A stretch of 64,000 nt of DNA from Desulfobacterales bacterium (GCA_963668645.2 CAXXWC010000021.1:800001-864000), one strand, 5' to 3'; positions 11,379 to 23,551 are shown, counted from the stretch's first letter. Notes: a model not told the origin generated them from the letters alone. Numbers and translations are program-made.

Positions 11379-11536
11379 TTTCTGCAGATAATAATCGTTT
11401 GTCGATATTACCTGAAGATTGCCGCAACATTACCTTTTGGTCATCCCCGTCGCTGCCGGGAACCAGGCGCTGATCGTTTGGCCATCACGTCCGGGCCGAT
11501 GCACGCACAACCACCCGATTGGCTTCCTTCTTCCTG

Positions 11537-12778
11537 TCAGTTTTTGGGCATATCGATGTTCAGGGCATATATGTCGTTAATAGCCATTGCCGTTCGATAG
11601 AGGTGAATATGGCCCATCCTGGCATTGGTTGCCAGTACGATGGCGCATCGGCTTTTTGTCGACAAATAGACCTCTGCCTGAAAGCCCTGACTCGTCCCTG
11701 AATGATGAAGGCACGCGTTGTCCGACACTGCATTGTTGACGAACCATCCCAAAGCATAATCGGCCGATTGAAGGGGCCAACCGCACTCTTTGTTCCAAAA
11801 CTCCAAATACTCTTCATCATAAGACCAATCAAGATGATCCGGCGGGGTATGCAATTTTTGCATGGCTTCCGATTTAAGAAAGATACTTTGAGGCGCCTGA
11901 TCGGATACCATGTGGGCAATCACGAATTTGGCCCAGTCTTTTATTGACAGGCTGACATTTCCGGCTGGATCCAGCCAATGGGGGTCATCTTTCCGCAGCA
12001 TCTTCAAAGACCGGCTCGATCTATCCCACCGATGTCCCCATGGTTGTGAATCCGGATCGAATTAAGCCGGGGCGCCATATCCTGCCGTGGCGAGGTTAAG
12101 CGGCTTAAATAATTTCATCGACATCAGTTCGTTGAATTCCTTACCTGAAACAACTTCCATCATCAGACCGGCCAGAATGTAGCCGGTGTTGGAGTAAAAT
12201 TTTACCGTGCCGGGCGGATGGTGCAGCTCTGTTTGCGCAATCTGGCTCAAATAGACAAGTCTTCCAGCGGTCGGCGTATAGGATACGCTGCGTTTAAGAT
12301 CTGCCATAAAACTTTTGGGCAACCCAGCGCTGTGCGACAGGAGCTGCATCAGGCTGATGTTTCTGAATGCATCAGACGATTCCAGAGATGGGAACACATT
12401 GCCGATGGTCGTATCCCAGCGCAGCATTCCTTCATCGACCATCAATGCAGCCACCGTGGAAGTAAGGGCCTTGCCACAGGATCCGATGATAAAATTGTCA
12501 TCGACAGTCACCCAGTTCCGGGTTCCATACTTTCGGGTACCGACTGCTGCGGCTGCTTTGATTTTTCCACCGACAACAACCGCTGCCGCCAACGCGGGCT
12601 GATTCGCTGCGATGCGCCTTTTTTCTAATAACCGGGCAAGCTTCATATCCCCGGAACTCTCGGAAATAACTGCTGGTGGCGGGCCGCAGCCCTGCACATT
12701 TAGACAAAATAACAGGGCGGGGAAAAAGAGAAATATCCAATTTAATCGAGATACTTTTTTCATGATCAACATCTTCAT
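11537..12778 (-). pseudogene. Serine hydrolase (beta-lactamase class C-like) with one in-frame TAA
   Basis: ORFs 12062..12778 and 11537..12007 are in the same frame and read GYGAPA*FDPDSQPWGH across the stop. Motifs SCGK, YSN and HSG are present. Confidence 0.85.
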
Positions 12779-13028
12779 TTCCAGGGTTGACGATCCGGAA
12801 TCACGGCATCATAATGTTGTCACCCTCGAATGTATCCCGGGTTAAACGAAGGTCTTGGATGCTGTTAATCCCCTTAATCCTTCTAAGAAAAGCCTGCGCG
12901 ACCATATAATTGCAGATATACTGAAAATAATTCCCCTTATCAATAGCGGCCCGAAATACTGTTCAGCCTTAGCCGGCAAGCGACCGTTTCTTTCTTAAGC
13001 ACAGCCAGCACCCAAACAGAACCTCGGC

Positions 13029-13251
13029 AACGGCCTGATGGTCCAGATTGTGGCCGGCCTGATCACCTATCTGTTGCTGGCTATACATTGCCAAAAACAT
13101 TTCAAGGAGAAAGTGTCCATACGGCGAGTCAAACAGTTGCGGACCGCTATTGAAAACGAGTTGCGCTGGTTACCGGATGATGTGGACTCACAATATGTAA
13201 AAGAGCAAAAATTACACTTTGTTGATGCAAGAACCTAACCAGAAATTACTG
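13029..13251 (+). mobile_element. IS4-family transposase C-terminal relic with right end
   Basis: NGLMVQIVAGLITYLLLAIHC..KVSIRRVKQLR followed by ..CCTAACCAGAAATTACTG. Confidence 0.65.
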
Positions 13252-13348
13252 ATTGCGTATCTTCCCTGTGGGGGATATCATAAAAAAAAGTGAATGGCAC
13301 GCATTTTCGCCCAATCGATACATCAAATGAGAACGGAAAGAATTCCTT

Positions 13349-16300
13349 ATGAAAATCGGCAGATTCGAAATATCCAAGGTTCTTCAAAAGGAAGGTTATA
13401 AAATAGTCTATTTAGTCTTAGCTGAAAAAATGGCCTTTTTTTTACATGAATATTCAGAGCCGGAACTTGCAGATCACGAGTTCCTGTTTTCCGAATACAT
13501 TTCCAGCAACGCCGTTGATCAATTTGTTGAAAAGTTCGTGAATAACGGGAAAACGATATTGGTTCAGGAGTACACAGAGGGGATTTCAGCGGAGCTGTAT
13601 TTCAGCGAAAATAGACCGCTTTTGGAAAAAATTGATTTTGCCAAATCGATTTTGTCGATTCTTAAGGAAATTCATAGCAAAGGGATTATCTACAACAATC
13701 TATCACTCAAAACCATTACAATCGGGCCACATGGCGATCCGATGCTGCATAATTTTGTATCGGCTACAATTGCGGGGGAGGATAGGACTTCTATCTATAG
13801 GCAGATTCTCAACCCTCATTTCGTGGCGCCTGAACGCACGGAAAGAGTGGAAGGAATAACATCGGCAGCCAGTGATTATTATTCGTTCGGCGTCCTGCTC
13901 TATTGGTTGCTGACGGGAAAATTGCCTTTCGAGTCCGACAATCTATCCCATCTGATTTCGCTGCATGTGGCCAAACAGCCTGTTCCACCTGTTTCAGTGG
14001 AATCAAAAATTTCCAAAGGCTTGTCAGAAATTGTGGAGAAGCTTTTGGAGAAGGATAAATCGGACCGGTACAAATCGATCGATGGTATTCTGTTCGATCT
14101 GGAACACTATAATGATCCAGGGTTTAAATTATCCAGCCAGGATATGGATCTCAAATTCAGGGTGACCGATAAAATCTATGGCAGGGAGCTGGAAATCGGA
14201 CTGTTGAAAGCGGCGGTCAAGGAACTTGCAGATGGCAAAGGTCGTCTGGTGACCATTGCAGGGTATTCAGGCGTTGGAAAATCAACGATAGTGTCGGAGT
14301 TTCAAAAAAAGGTCGCTCCGGTTGCGTGTCGATTGATTTCAGGAAAATTCCAGCAATATAAAAGGGATATTCCCTATTTTGCCATTGTAGAAGCATTCAA
14401 TACCCTTTTCGATATGCTGCTTTTGTCGGAGCAAACCGTCCTGGATGATTTTTGCCAGTTGTTTACTGAGAGTATCGGGGAGCAGGGACTGATTTTAACA
14501 TCGATTTTCCCAAAGCTCGAATCGATTGTCGGGAAGCAGGCCCCGGTTGACAAACTGGTAGGCGAGGAGGCGGAAAACCGTTTCAACTATTTTTTTTTAA
14601 AACTGATCAATATGGTGGCAACGGAAGATCGGCCGCTGACACTTTTCCTGGACGATCTGCAATGGACGGATCTTGTATCTCTCAATGTACTGCGGGCTAT
14701 TTTGCAGAATGGCCCCTCCTTTCTGCTGGTGATCCTGGCCTATCGATCCAACGAAGTGGATCAACACCATCCCCTGCAACAATTTCTCGATGAGGCCGGC
14801 AAATATAACGTGTTCCATCGGAAGATGGTGGTCCGTGACCTGGAACCGGATGATGTTTCAATGCTAATCGAGGACAGTCTGGGATACAGGGATTCGAAGT
14901 TAAGCCATATCGTGTTCTACAAAACCCATGGGAACGCGTTTTTTGTTCATCAGCTACTGAAAGGACTGGCAGATCAGTCGTATTTTCACAGGGATGTGAA
15001 GAACAAAATCTGGACTATCGATACGGATAAGGTGTCAGACCTGCAGGTTTCCAGTAACGTAGTCGATTTCATGCAAACCAGGCTGAAGCGTCTGCCCCGG
15101 GAAACAACCGACCTGATGAGAATCATCGGCGCTGTGGGGCATCATGTGAGTTTGGATGTGCTGTCGGTTGTCACAGGAATAAGAAAAGACCATATCTCAA
15201 AAGTTCTGAAGCTGCCTTTTGAAGATGGGCTCCTGTATTATCAACAGGATCATGTCTATTTTACCCATGATAAAATAGAGCAAGCCTGTTATCAGCTCAA
15301 CCGGATTGACAGACTTCCAGAGCTGCACTTCAACATTGCAAAAACCCTCATGCATCATGAACTTTCCCGAAGTCTTGATGAACTCTTCAACCTCGTAGCT
15401 CACCTGGACAAGGCCTTTGATCTCATTCACGAAGATCATGAAAAATATATTGAAATTTACATGAAAGCCGCTGTGAAAAGCAAGGAGATATCTGCCTACG
15501 GCGAATTTTTAGTATATGTTCGGCAGGCAATGGCCCTTTTGCAGGATTCCGTTCCCGATTTGATGCGATCTGAGGTCTACCAAGAGTACCATATCGCCCT
15601 CTACCTGAACAGTCTGTTTGAAGAAGCAGATGAATTTTTTTATGAAAAACTGGCCGGCTGCCAGGATTTTATGGATCTCAAGGAAAACTATTTTTCAAAG
15701 GTTTCCCAGGACAGTATGCGGCGGCGGTATAAAGAGGCTACTGTTTTCGGAATGTCCATCCTCAAGAAAATGGGGATCGAGCTGAGAATTGATCCCCAAG
15801 CTGAGGACTTGGCGCATGAATTGAACGAGGTGGAGGCATTGTTCGCGAAAGCGGGGATCAAAAAGATATCAGAATTACGAAATATCGAAAGAAAAAACAT
15901 TCACGAGATGGAGTTCATCTGTGAACTCATTCTGGCGATGGTTCCTGCCGCTTTTTTCTACCAACCCACGGTTGCCTGTCTATTGATCTTTACCACCTTG
16001 AAACTTGCCGTTCAAAACGGCGTTTTTGAAGCGATGGGCTACCCTCTTTCCGTTGCCTCCACGCCGTTCATCCTGATCCGGAACGATTATCTGACCGGTT
16101 ATGAGTATGCAGAATATGCCTTGCAGATCGCGGCAAACAACAAACGGTCCCTGGGGAACGCGAAGCACCTTTTTATTTTGTTCTGCTGGCATTGGTCCCG
16201 GTCGATTAAAGACGATACCGCCATCGAGATCGCCAGGGAAGCCCATCACCTGCTGATGCAGGGCGGCGATATTCAAATGGCCGGCTACACTTATTACAAT

Positions 16301-19114
16301 ACAGGCACCTATTATTGGGAGCGCGGTGAAAAACTGGATGTAGTGCTGGCGGAACTCGAAAAGGGGTTGGATTTCAACCGGAAGACCCAAAACCTTCATG
16401 GTGTCGCCCTGATTTCACCCTATTATCAAGTTGTACAGACGTTGATGTCAGACGATGGAGATTTTTTAAACTTCAGCACGGATGGTTTCAGCGAAACGGT
16501 TTTTATAAAGAACAATCTAAAGAATTCGATGGGACTTTGCTTTCTTTATATTTATAAGGCACAATTGGCATTTATCTTCGAGGCCCATAAGGAGGCATAT
16601 GATTTCGGGCAGAAGGCCAGGGCGCTTCTTTACTCCATACCTGGTTTTCTTTCTATCCAAACGGGTGTATTTTATGGGGCTTTAAGCGCCTGTACCGTTC
16701 TGGAACCTGCTGATGAAGGTTTTTCAACGATTTTCGACGATCTCGAACAACTGAAGCAATGGAATGAGGGGGCTCCCGGAAATTTCAGTCATAAAGTGCA
16801 TCTTTTGGAAGCTGAAATTGCGAGAAAAAAAAAGGACATTCCTTTGGCTATTCGATGCTATATAGAAGGGATCGCGGCCTCCAGGCATAACCGTTTCTTG
16901 CATGAAACGGCTATAATTTACGAAAGATTCTCATCTTTTTGGGAGGAACAAGAAAACGAAGAACTATGTGAATATTACGTCAAAGAGGCTTTCCATAATT
17001 ATGATCTTTGGGGGGCAAAAAGAAAATGTAACCAACTTCGACACAAATACCGCAATGTTTATTTTGAAAGTCAAACCCAAAACCTCGATCTGCTAAGCGT
17101 GATCAGATCGCAGAACATCTTGGCCCAGGAAACCAATATCGAAAGTCTGCTGAAACAGATGATGCAGATCCTCCTTGAGGTATCGGGGGCAGAACGCGGA
17201 TTTTTGATTCTGAAAGATAATGCCTGGTCGATTGAGGCGTTTAAAAATATCCAGGGTGAAGAGAGTATTCTGGAAAGCCTTCCCCTGGAAGAGGAGATGC
17301 TGTCGGTAGACATGGTCCACTATGTGATCAGAACCGGTCAAATTGCCGACTTAGAGCAGTTTTCCGGCTACCTTGAAGACGCGTATCTTGATCGGATACA
17401 CCCGCAGTCACTCATCGTTCTACCAGCCGATGTCGGTTCCCGGCTTATTGCCGTTATTTACCTGGAACACAGGCGCATCAAAAATATTTTTACCCTGAAA
17501 AAGCAGGAAATGATCAAGCTGTTGTCAACCCAGGTTGCCATTTCCCTGGACAATGCAAGGATATACAACCAGTTGGAACAACGTATCCAGGAAAGGACCG
17601 AAGAACTGGCGGCCCAGAATGAAGAACTGGCAATCGCACGAAAAAAGGCAGATGAAGCCAATAGGGCCAAGTCCGAATTTTTGGCAAACATGAGTCACGA
17701 ATTACGAACGCCTCTTAATGCGGTCACCGGGTTCAGCGAATTGCTTTCACTGCTGGTATCCGATTCAAAGCAGAAGAGTTATCTGGATGCCATCAAGTCT
17801 GCCGGGCGGAGCCTGTTGACGTTGATCAACGACATTCTCGATCTTTCAAAAATCGAATCCGGAGGGATGGACATTACATATGCGCCGGTCAATCTAAGTT
17901 CGATTTTCATGGAAATTGATCAGATATTCAGCAATGAGATTGATTCCAAAAACCTTGCCTTTTCCATCGCACTTTCGCCGGATCAACCGGAATGGCTCTA
18001 TCTGGACGAAATACGCATAAGGCAGATTCTGCTGAACCTGGTTGGAAATGCCATAAAGTTTACGGAAGATGGTTTTGTGAAAATATCTTCAACGTATGAG
18101 AAAAAGGGTGAAGACAGGGTGCGCCTGATAATTTGTGTTGAAGATAGCGGTATCGGGATTTTTGAAGAAGAGCAGGAAACGATTTTCAAATCCTTTGAGC
18201 AACAGTCCGGTCAGGATGTTGCCAGATATGGTGGTACGGGGCTTGGGCTGACCATAACCAAACGGTTGGTGGAACTCATGGGCGGTGTCATTGCGGTCTC
18301 CAGCACCCCTGGCAAAGGAAGCCGATTCAGCGTTGAATTTCTCGATGTGAAAAAAGCTTTTTCAGAAAAACACCCACTTGAAACAGGTCCGCTCACGTTC
18401 GAGAATGTTCAATTTTCCGAAGCCAGGGTGCTGGTTGTCGATGATATTGAATCGAATCGGGTCCTGCTAAAAGAAATCCTTGTTAAAACGGGTTTGGAGG
18501 TGATAACGGCAGGTAACGGCCAGGAGGCCATATCAATGGCAAAAAAACTCAAGCCCAAACTGATTCTGATGGATATCAGAATGCCGGTTCTCAATGGTTT
18601 TGAGGCTGCCAAACAACTTAAAAAGAATGATGATACATCGCAAATTCCCATTATCGCCTTATCCGCTTCTTCAGCAAAAAACGATAAGACGACGGCGCTT
18701 CGTCACGGATTTGACGGCTTTCTGGCCAAACCGTTTAGTATTGAAAGCCTGATAAAGGAGTTGTCTATACATCTGGAGTACAGAATTTTTGATACAATCC
18801 GTCCTGAACTTCCAGAATTTTTAGATGGTTTATATGTTCAAGATGTCCTCAATTATAAGATATTAAGCCGGCGACTCAAACAGGATATATTGCCTTCTTT
18901 CCAGAGATTGAAAAAAACATTCGTTGCAGGTGATTTTAGAAACCTTGGGAACATGCTGGATGAAATTGGAAAGGAATTTCAGGTCGAAATGCTTTCGGGA
19001 TTTGGTTTGTACATGCTTAAAGTATTTAGTGTGTTTGATATTCATGAAATGGATGAATGTTTGGTTAGATATTCTGAAATAATTAAAAAATTAATCGTTG
19101 ACTCGGAGAATTAA
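13349..19114 (+). CDS. Multidomain protein: Ser/Thr-kinase-like, AAA ATPase, GAF, histidine kinase, receiver
   Basis: APE and SDYYSFGV kinase C-lobe, Walker [17 protein letters not shown]-box [19 protein letters not shown], receiver LMDIRMP. Confidence 0.92.
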   Translation: MKIGRFEISKVLQKEGYKIVYLVLAEKMAFFLHEYSEPELADHEFLFSEYISSNAVDQFVEKFVNNGKTILVQEYTEGISAELYFSENRPLLEKIDFAKSILSILKEIHSKGIIYNNLSLKTITIGPHGDPMLHNFVSATIAGEDRTSIYRQILNPHFVAPERTERVEGITSAASDYYSFGVLLYWLLTGKLPFESDNLSHLISLHVAKQPVPPVSVESKISKGLSEIVEKLLEKDKSDRYKSIDGILFDLEHYNDPGFKLSSQDMDLKFRVTDKIYGRELEIGLLKAAVKELADGKGRLVTIAGYSGVGKSTIVSEFQKKVAPVACRLISGKFQQYKRDIPYFAIVEAFNTLFDMLLLSEQTVLDDFCQLFTESIGEQGLILTSIFPKLESIVGKQAPVDKLVGEEAENRFNYFFLKLINMVATEDRPLTLFLDDLQWTDLVSLNVLRAILQNGPSFLLVILAYRSNEVDQHHPLQQFLDEAGKYNVFHRKMVVRDLEPDDVSMLIEDSLGYRDSKLSHIVFYKTHGNAFFVHQLLKGLADQSYFHRDVKNKIWTIDTDKVSDLQVSSNVVDFMQTRLKRLPRETTDLMRIIGAVGHHVSLDVLSVVTGIRKDHISKVLKLPFEDGLLYYQQDHVYFTHDKIEQACYQLNRIDRLPELHFNIAKTLMHHELSRSLDELFNLVAHLDKAFDLIHEDHEKYIEIYMKAAVKSKEISAYGEFLVYVRQAMALLQDSVPDLMRSEVYQEYHIALYLNSLFEEADEFFYEKLAGCQDFMDLKENYFSKVSQDSMRRRYKEATVFGMSILKKMGIELRIDPQAEDLAHELNEVEALFAKAGIKKISELRNIERKNIHEMEFICELILAMVPAAFFYQPTVACLLIFTTLKLAVQNGVFEAMGYPLSVASTPFILIRNDYLTGYEYAEYALQIAANNKRSLGNAKHLFILFCWHWSRSIKDDTAIEIAREAHHLLMQGGDIQMAGYTYYNTGTYYWERGEKLDVVLAELEKGLDFNRKTQNLHGVALISPYYQVVQTLMSDDGDFLNFSTDGFSETVFIKNNLKNSMGLCFLYIYKAQLAFIFEAHKEAYDFGQKARALLYSIPGFLSIQTGVFYGALSACTVLEPADEGFSTIFDDLEQLKQWNEGAPGNFSHKVHLLEAEIARKKKDIPLAIRCYIEGIAASRHNRFLHETAIIYERFSSFWEEQENEELCEYYVKEAFHNYDLWGAKRKCNQLRHKYRNVYFESQTQNLDLLSVIRSQNILAQETNIESLLKQMMQILLEVSGAERGFLILKDNAWSIEAFKNIQGEESILESLPLEEEMLSVDMVHYVIRTGQIADLEQFSGYLEDAYLDRIHPQSLIVLPADVGSRLIAVIYLEHRRIKNIFTLKKQEMIKLLSTQVAISLDNARIYNQLEQRIQERTEELAAQNEELAIARKKADEANRAKSEFLANMSHELRTPLNAVTGFSELLSLLVSDSKQKSYLDAIKSAGRSLLTLINDILDLSKIESGGMDITYAPVNLSSIFMEIDQIFSNEIDSKNLAFSIALSPDQPEWLYLDEIRIRQILLNLVGNAIKFTEDGFVKISSTYEKKGEDRVRLIICVEDSGIGIFEEEQETIFKSFEQQSGQDVARYGGTGLGLTITKRLVELMGGVIAVSSTPGKGSRFSVEFLDVKKAFSEKHPLETGPLTFENVQFSEARVLVVDDIESNRVLLKEILVKTGLEVITAGNGQEAISMAKKLKPKLILMDIRMPVLNGFEAAKQLKKNDDTSQIPIIALSASSAKNDKTTALRHGFDGFLAKPFSIESLIKELSIHLEYRIFDTIRPELPEFLDGLYVQDVLNYKILSRRLKQDILPSFQRLKKTFVAGDFRNLGNMLDEIGKEFQVEMLSGFGLYMLKVFSVFDIHEMDECLVRYSEIIKKLIVDSEN

Positions 19115-19115
19115 A

Positions 19116-19688
19116 GTGTCCCAGAAAAACCAGATAATATTGATCGTTGATGACAATTCTAAAAACATACAGTTTTTAGGGAATTTGTTGACAGCACAGG
19201 GCTATGAAATTGGCGTTGCCCGGAATGGTGTTGAAGCGCTGACCTTTATAGAGGACATCATTCCAGATCTCATTTTATTGGATATCATGATGCCTGAAAT
19301 GGACGGCTATCAGGTTTGCATAAAGCTGAAAAGCAATTTGTCTTTTAGCCATGTACCTGTTATCTTTTTAACTGCAAAATCACAAAGTGACGATATCGTA
19401 AAGGGATTTGAAGTCGGCGGATCGGATTATGTCACCAAACCGTTCATCGCTGCTGAACTAATGGCAAGGATTAAGACTCATTTGGAAGTAAAACAATTGA
19501 GACATCTTCTTCCGATCTGTTCATTTTGCAAAAAAGTCAAGGAAGAAGATGGGTCCTGGAGCCGATTGGAAGACTATATCGATTCTCATACAGAGTCTAA
19601 ATTTTCACATAGTATCTGTAAGGCATGTGGTGAAAAATATTATCCCGGAGTAAATCTTTATGACGATGATGAAGATAATCATGAATAA
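19116..19688 (+). CDS. Response regulator with C-terminal Cys/His-rich domain
   Basis: IVDDN, LLDIMMP, YVTKP; tail LPICSFCKK..FSHSICKAC. GTG start with GGAG upstream. Confidence 0.9.
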   Translation: MSQKNQIILIVDDNSKNIQFLGNLLTAQGYEIGVARNGVEALTFIEDIIPDLILLDIMMPEMDGYQVCIKLKSNLSFSHVPVIFLTAKSQSDDIVKGFEVGGSDYVTKPFIAAELMARIKTHLEVKQLRHLLPICSFCKKVKEEDGSWSRLEDYIDSHTESKFSHSICKACGEKYYPGVNLYDDDEDNHE

Positions 19689-19858
19689 TTGCTACAATTT
19701 CTTCCGGCTATGCAGAAAACTGATGGTTGTTTGATAGTTATCAAGGAATAAGTATCGTCGAGATTAAACCGGTGGCTGGGCTTGGGGTGGTTTTAAGCGC
19801 ACTTCCAGTAAACCGGCCTTCGTCCGGCATGCATCTGCTGCTTATCCGCTGTGTTTTC

Positions 19859-21437
19859 GTAAGCGTTCACGGGGTAAGGGAAACCGTGGTCTGAGCTATA
19901 TCCAAGACAGATCGGGCTTGTCGTTGTTGAAGAACGATTCGATGCAGAGTTCCAGGGTCTGGAAGGTTGATTTCGCTTTTAACCGACAAGTTTCCTTCAG
20001 GGAGAGGATACGTTCTACCCAGCGATTTCCTTTTTCACTTTGGGTGCCGAGGCTGCGCTTTCGCCACAAAACCCCGAAGCGAAGCGCCCGTTCGGCCCGG
20101 TTGTTGGTCGGCTCCACGCCCTCGTGTTCGATGAAGAACCAAAGCGAGTCGATTTCGCGTAAAATCTGTCGAGCCAGCTGGCCAGCGTCGAATTTATCGG
20201 GCTCCCACAGAGACAGCGCGAACAACAGTTGTGCGTAATACTGCTGCCATTGTCGCGGCGGCGGTGGATCTTTGGCAGATTGAATCAACTGCCGAAGCAA
20301 GGATGCCATGATGTGCCCGAAGCGTCGTAGATCAGGTTTTTTCCTCTCGCACAAGGCATCGGCCTTGCGGATCAGATGGGCAAGACAAGTTTGGCGCCCA
20401 TGAACCCAGTTTCGGTATAGGCCGTAGGAGTCGCTGACCAGAATTCCTCGCCAATCCTGGATCAGCTGGTTGAAGGCATCCTTGGAACGGTGGGCATCGA
20501 TACGATAGAAGGCCACCCGATCATTGACCATGGCCCACAGCCACTGAAGGCCGTTTTGGTTAAACCAGGACGTCTCGTCAATGTAATTGCACAGCGAACT
20601 GCGGGCCACGTCCCCGATGGCTTTGTATGCCGGAGTAATGGCCTCCGAAGCCCGGTCGACGATTTTCTGAATGGTGCCCGTGGCGATGGGCATACGCAGA
20701 ACCGATTCGCATATATGCTTGACATCGTTTCGGCTCATCGCCTTGATGCCGCTCAACTCGGCGATCAACGCACTCAATCGCGGACCGTATCCATAGCGAA
20801 CCGGCTCGGGCAGCACGGCCTTGACAGTTTTCCCACAGCTGGGACAGTCGCAGCGGTGAAGTATAAAATGGCTGATCTCCATTTGGATTTCGGGCAGCTC
20901 GATATGCTGATGGGTATAAAACGGTTCCATCCGGCTTCCTCCGAAGTCGGTGTTGCCGCAACGACAGCGTTCGGGCATCAACGCATGAGATTTATTTGGA
21001 CTCAGCATTTGCTGCTTGTAGGCCTTATGGCCTTTCTGGCCGCCCTTGGGGCGACTTCCTTTTTTTCCATTCTTCCGGCCGGATCGGTCAAACGGGCTGT
21101 CGGATGACGGCGGCTTGCTGGAGTTTCGAGAATTTTCCCGGGTCTTCACCTCCAGCTTTTCGATTCGCTTGCCGTAATCGTCAACTTGCTTCTGCAGATT
21201 ATGCAAAGCCTGCTCGAGGTAAAGGATATAGTGCCGGACAGGTTCCGGCGTAAGATGCCATTCAAGGTCTGTGAAGGGTCTTTTCGTCTCCATGGAAAAG
21301 AGCCTATCACACTAGAAAACGAATGTCTAGATTTTTTTAACAATTTCAATACTTTATGTCATAATGTATCTTTCTCTTGTGAATTCAGCATGTTAGACTT
21401 CGGAATTGTAACTCCGGGATACCCCGTGAACGCTTAC
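19859..21437 (-). mobile_element. Complete IS66-family element (single-ORF, ISBst12-like)
   Basis: Perfect 18-bp TIR GTAAGCGTTCACGGGGTA; 8-bp TSD GTGTTTTC at 19851-19858 and 21438-21445. Confidence 0.95.
19896..21293 (-). CDS. IS66-family transposase
   Basis: NSSKPPSSD, GGQKGH, zinc finger, IDETSW, LVSDSY, QTCLAHLIRK, PTNNRAERALR. Confidence 0.93.
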   Translation of the reverse strand: METKRPFTDLEWHLTPEPVRHYILYLEQALHNLQKQVDDYGKRIEKLEVKTRENSRNSSKPPSSDSPFDRSGRKNGKKGSRPKGGQKGHKAYKQQMLSPNKSHALMPERCRCGNTDFGGSRMEPFYTHQHIELPEIQMEISHFILHRCDCPSCGKTVKAVLPEPVRYGYGPRLSALIAELSGIKAMSRNDVKHICESVLRMPIATGTIQKIVDRASEAITPAYKAIGDVARSSLCNYIDETSWFNQNGLQWLWAMVNDRVAFYRIDAHRSKDAFNQLIQDWRGILVSDSYGLYRNWVHGRQTCLAHLIRKADALCERKKPDLRRFGHIMASLLRQLIQSAKDPPPPRQWQQYYAQLLFALSLWEPDKFDAGQLARQILREIDSLWFFIEHEGVEPTNNRAERALRFGVLWRKRSLGTQSEKGNRWVERILSLKETCRLKAKSTFQTLELCIESFFNNDKPDLSWI

Positions 21438-21481
21438 GTGTTTTCAACCTCAGTATAAAACGCCGATGCCCGCCGGCCCTT

Positions 21482-21600
21482 TGCGCCGTTTGCGAAATCA
21501 ACACGATCTGTCCTGGCTACTGCCCCAGCAGGCTCTACTATAACCGAAACCACAATCCGGCTCCGGCATGCGAATTGTATCGGACGCTTTACCGGATGGC
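21482..21600 (+). pseudogene. Radical SAM SPASM-domain C-terminal fragment
   Basis: Frame reads CAVCEINTICPGYCPSRLYYNRNHNPAPACELYR (Cx2Cx5Cx3C..C); no radical SAM core is present. Confidence 0.55.
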
Positions 21601-21641
21601 GATGCGGCCCCCCCCGGTTTTGGTCGTCCCGCTTTCCTGTG

Positions 21642-22922
21642 CTATTTGGGATCTGACAACAATTCCATCGCTTTTTCTATTTGAGGATCATTCTTGCCGC
21701 GATATGCCAAAGGAAAAGGCACTTCCACATCCGGGACAACGCCTTTGCCTTCGAGCACTTCTCCATCGATACGAGCACTCTCTACCGCCAGATACAGCAG
21801 ACTTCCATCGCTTAATAAAAACGGCCTTCCTCCGACGACCGCCCCTGCGGTTGTAGTGCCGACGACCTTTCCGGTTCCAAACCTTTTGAATCCGTGGGCA
21901 AGAATCTCCTTTCCGCTCCTTGTGCCTTGATTTACGAGCATGACAACGGGTTTTCTCCATTGAAAATCAACAGGCGACTCTTTGCCATCCCTGGCGATCC
22001 TCGTCATGACAGGCACGTTTTTATTGAAAAGGTTGAGATAATTCGGGTTGGCGCCTCCCCAACCGTCTCGCAAGTCTAAAATGAGCGCGTCTGCATCCTT
22101 GAATTTTCCGAAAGCAATTTCATCCTGCAATAATTGTTGATAAATCTCACCCGCATAAGACCATAGATGGACATAGGCGATTTTCACCTTTTTCCTTTCC
22201 ATAATCGTCATGCTTTGCTTCACCGCCTGATAGAACTGTATTCCGGGTTCGATATCCTGAGGGATAACCTGAATAGTCTCTATATCTGCAGGTATTCGGG
22301 AATATTGAACTTTTATGGCGACTTGGTTCCCGGAATGATTCAGAAAAGATTTTACGGGGTGATAAGAAGAACCGTTTACCGAGATAATGCGATATCCGGC
22401 CTTGAGCCCGGCCTCATATGCCGGGCTTCCTTCCAAAACGCCTTTGATAAAAGTGTTGCCATCAAATGTTTCGGTGAAAATGCCGATACCGGGGCAGGAT
22501 ATTCTATTTTTCGGGAACATCCTCCGTTTTCGAATTTCTTTGCCAAGAGGACTGTTTTTAAAAATATCCAACAGCTGATAATATTCTCGATCATATCTTG
22601 TGTAGAAAGCAGTGTGAGACGTATTCAACTCAGAGAGCATTTTATTGATGATCGGTGCAGCGTTTTCTACGGACTCGACCGCCTTGACCAATGGCGCATA
22701 CTTATTTCTGGTTGCACTCCAGTTCAACCCATTAAAACCCGGATCATAAAAGTTGTCAGATACGATTTTCCATACTTCCTTGAATATTGAAAGTGGCGAT
22801 ACTCCTTTAGAATCTACATCTCCTCCAATCGCCGGAAGTGGAACTGTATTTATCAGCATCAGGACAATCAATATTTTTACTTTCAGATTGTATGGATCTC
22901 TCATTTGTTTCTCCTTTGACAT
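21642..22922 (-). CDS. S41-family peptidase with PDZ domain, secreted
   Basis: Signal peptide, NFYDP, SHT, GSPAYEAGL, LDLRDGWGG, TRSGKE, GKGVVPD. Confidence 0.88.
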   Translation of the reverse strand: MSKEKQMRDPYNLKVKILIVLMLINTVPLPAIGGDVDSKGVSPLSIFKEVWKIVSDNFYDPGFNGLNWSATRNKYAPLVKAVESVENAAPIINKMLSELNTSHTAFYTRYDREYYQLLDIFKNSPLGKEIRKRRMFPKNRISCPGIGIFTETFDGNTFIKGVLEGSPAYEAGLKAGYRIISVNGSSYHPVKSFLNHSGNQVAIKVQYSRIPADIETIQVIPQDIEPGIQFYQAVKQSMTIMERKKVKIAYVHLWSYAGEIYQQLLQDEIAFGKFKDADALILDLRDGWGGANPNYLNLFNKNVPVMTRIARDGKESPVDFQWRKPVVMLVNQGTRSGKEILAHGFKRFGTGKVVGTTTAGAVVGGRPFLLSDGSLLYLAVESARIDGEVLEGKGVVPDVEVPFPLAYRGKNDPQIEKAMELLSDPK

Positions 22923-22967
22923 CCATTTGCCTCAAAAACACATTTCAGATCGATACTGGATACCAGC

Positions 22968-23073
22968 CTAATTCCAATTTGCGACCGGATGATTTCTAAA
23001 TATTGTTTAACTATTCTGTTTAATTGTATTTTACTAAATTTTTACCATCGGCTTGAACACAAATTGGAATAAG
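22968..23073. repeat. Imperfect inverted repeat (14/16) around an AT-rich spacer; attC-like
   Basis: CTAATTCCAATTTGCG (22968-22983) and CACAAATTGGAATAAG (23058-23073) overlap the GNAT 3' end. Confidence 0.4.
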
Positions 23074-23551
23074 TATCGATGAAGACTTTTTTCATAGGAT
23101 AAGCAGTAACTCCGAAGCATTCTACCGGGCCGCCGGACAGCCGATAACCATGATGAAGATAAAACTGTTGAGCGGTTTTCGTGCTTTCGAGGGTTATTTC
23201 CCGGATGCCATTGTCGATGGCAACCGTCTCGATGTAATCAAGAAGATAAGCGCCGACATGTTTACCGACAAACTCCGGGTGGACATATAAGGCCCTCAAT
23301 ATACCGTCAAAGCCGAACATACAGACGCCAACGACCTGACCATCCATTAATGCAAGATTCCATATCAATGAAGAATCGGCAATGGCCCCCATCAATGATT
23401 CAGGCGTCTTGTTGGCAAGCCAATTTTTTATGATTTCAGGGTCGCCATGGTGATCTTGACAGCACAACTCCCTGATGGAACGACACCACATGTATGCAAG
23501 AGATTCAACATGAGTTTTTTCGGGTTTTACGATTTGGAATTTTAGCGCCAT
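23042..23551 (-). CDS. GNAT-family N-acetyltransferase
   Basis: LYVHPEFVGKHVG, LESTKTAQQFYLHHGY. Confidence 0.88.
   Translation of the reverse strand: MALKFQIVKPEKTHVESLAYMWCRSIRELCCQDHHGDPEIIKNWLANKTPESLMGAIADSSLIWNLALMDGQVVGVCMFGFDGILRALYVHPEFVGKHVGAYLLDYIETVAIDNGIREITLESTKTAQQFYLHHGYRLSGGPVECFGVTAYPMKKVFIDTYSNLCSSRW

Noticed and set aside
13295..13310. Sigma54-like TGGCAC..GC upstream of the large kinase
   Set aside because: GG-to-GC spacing is 11, not the required 10
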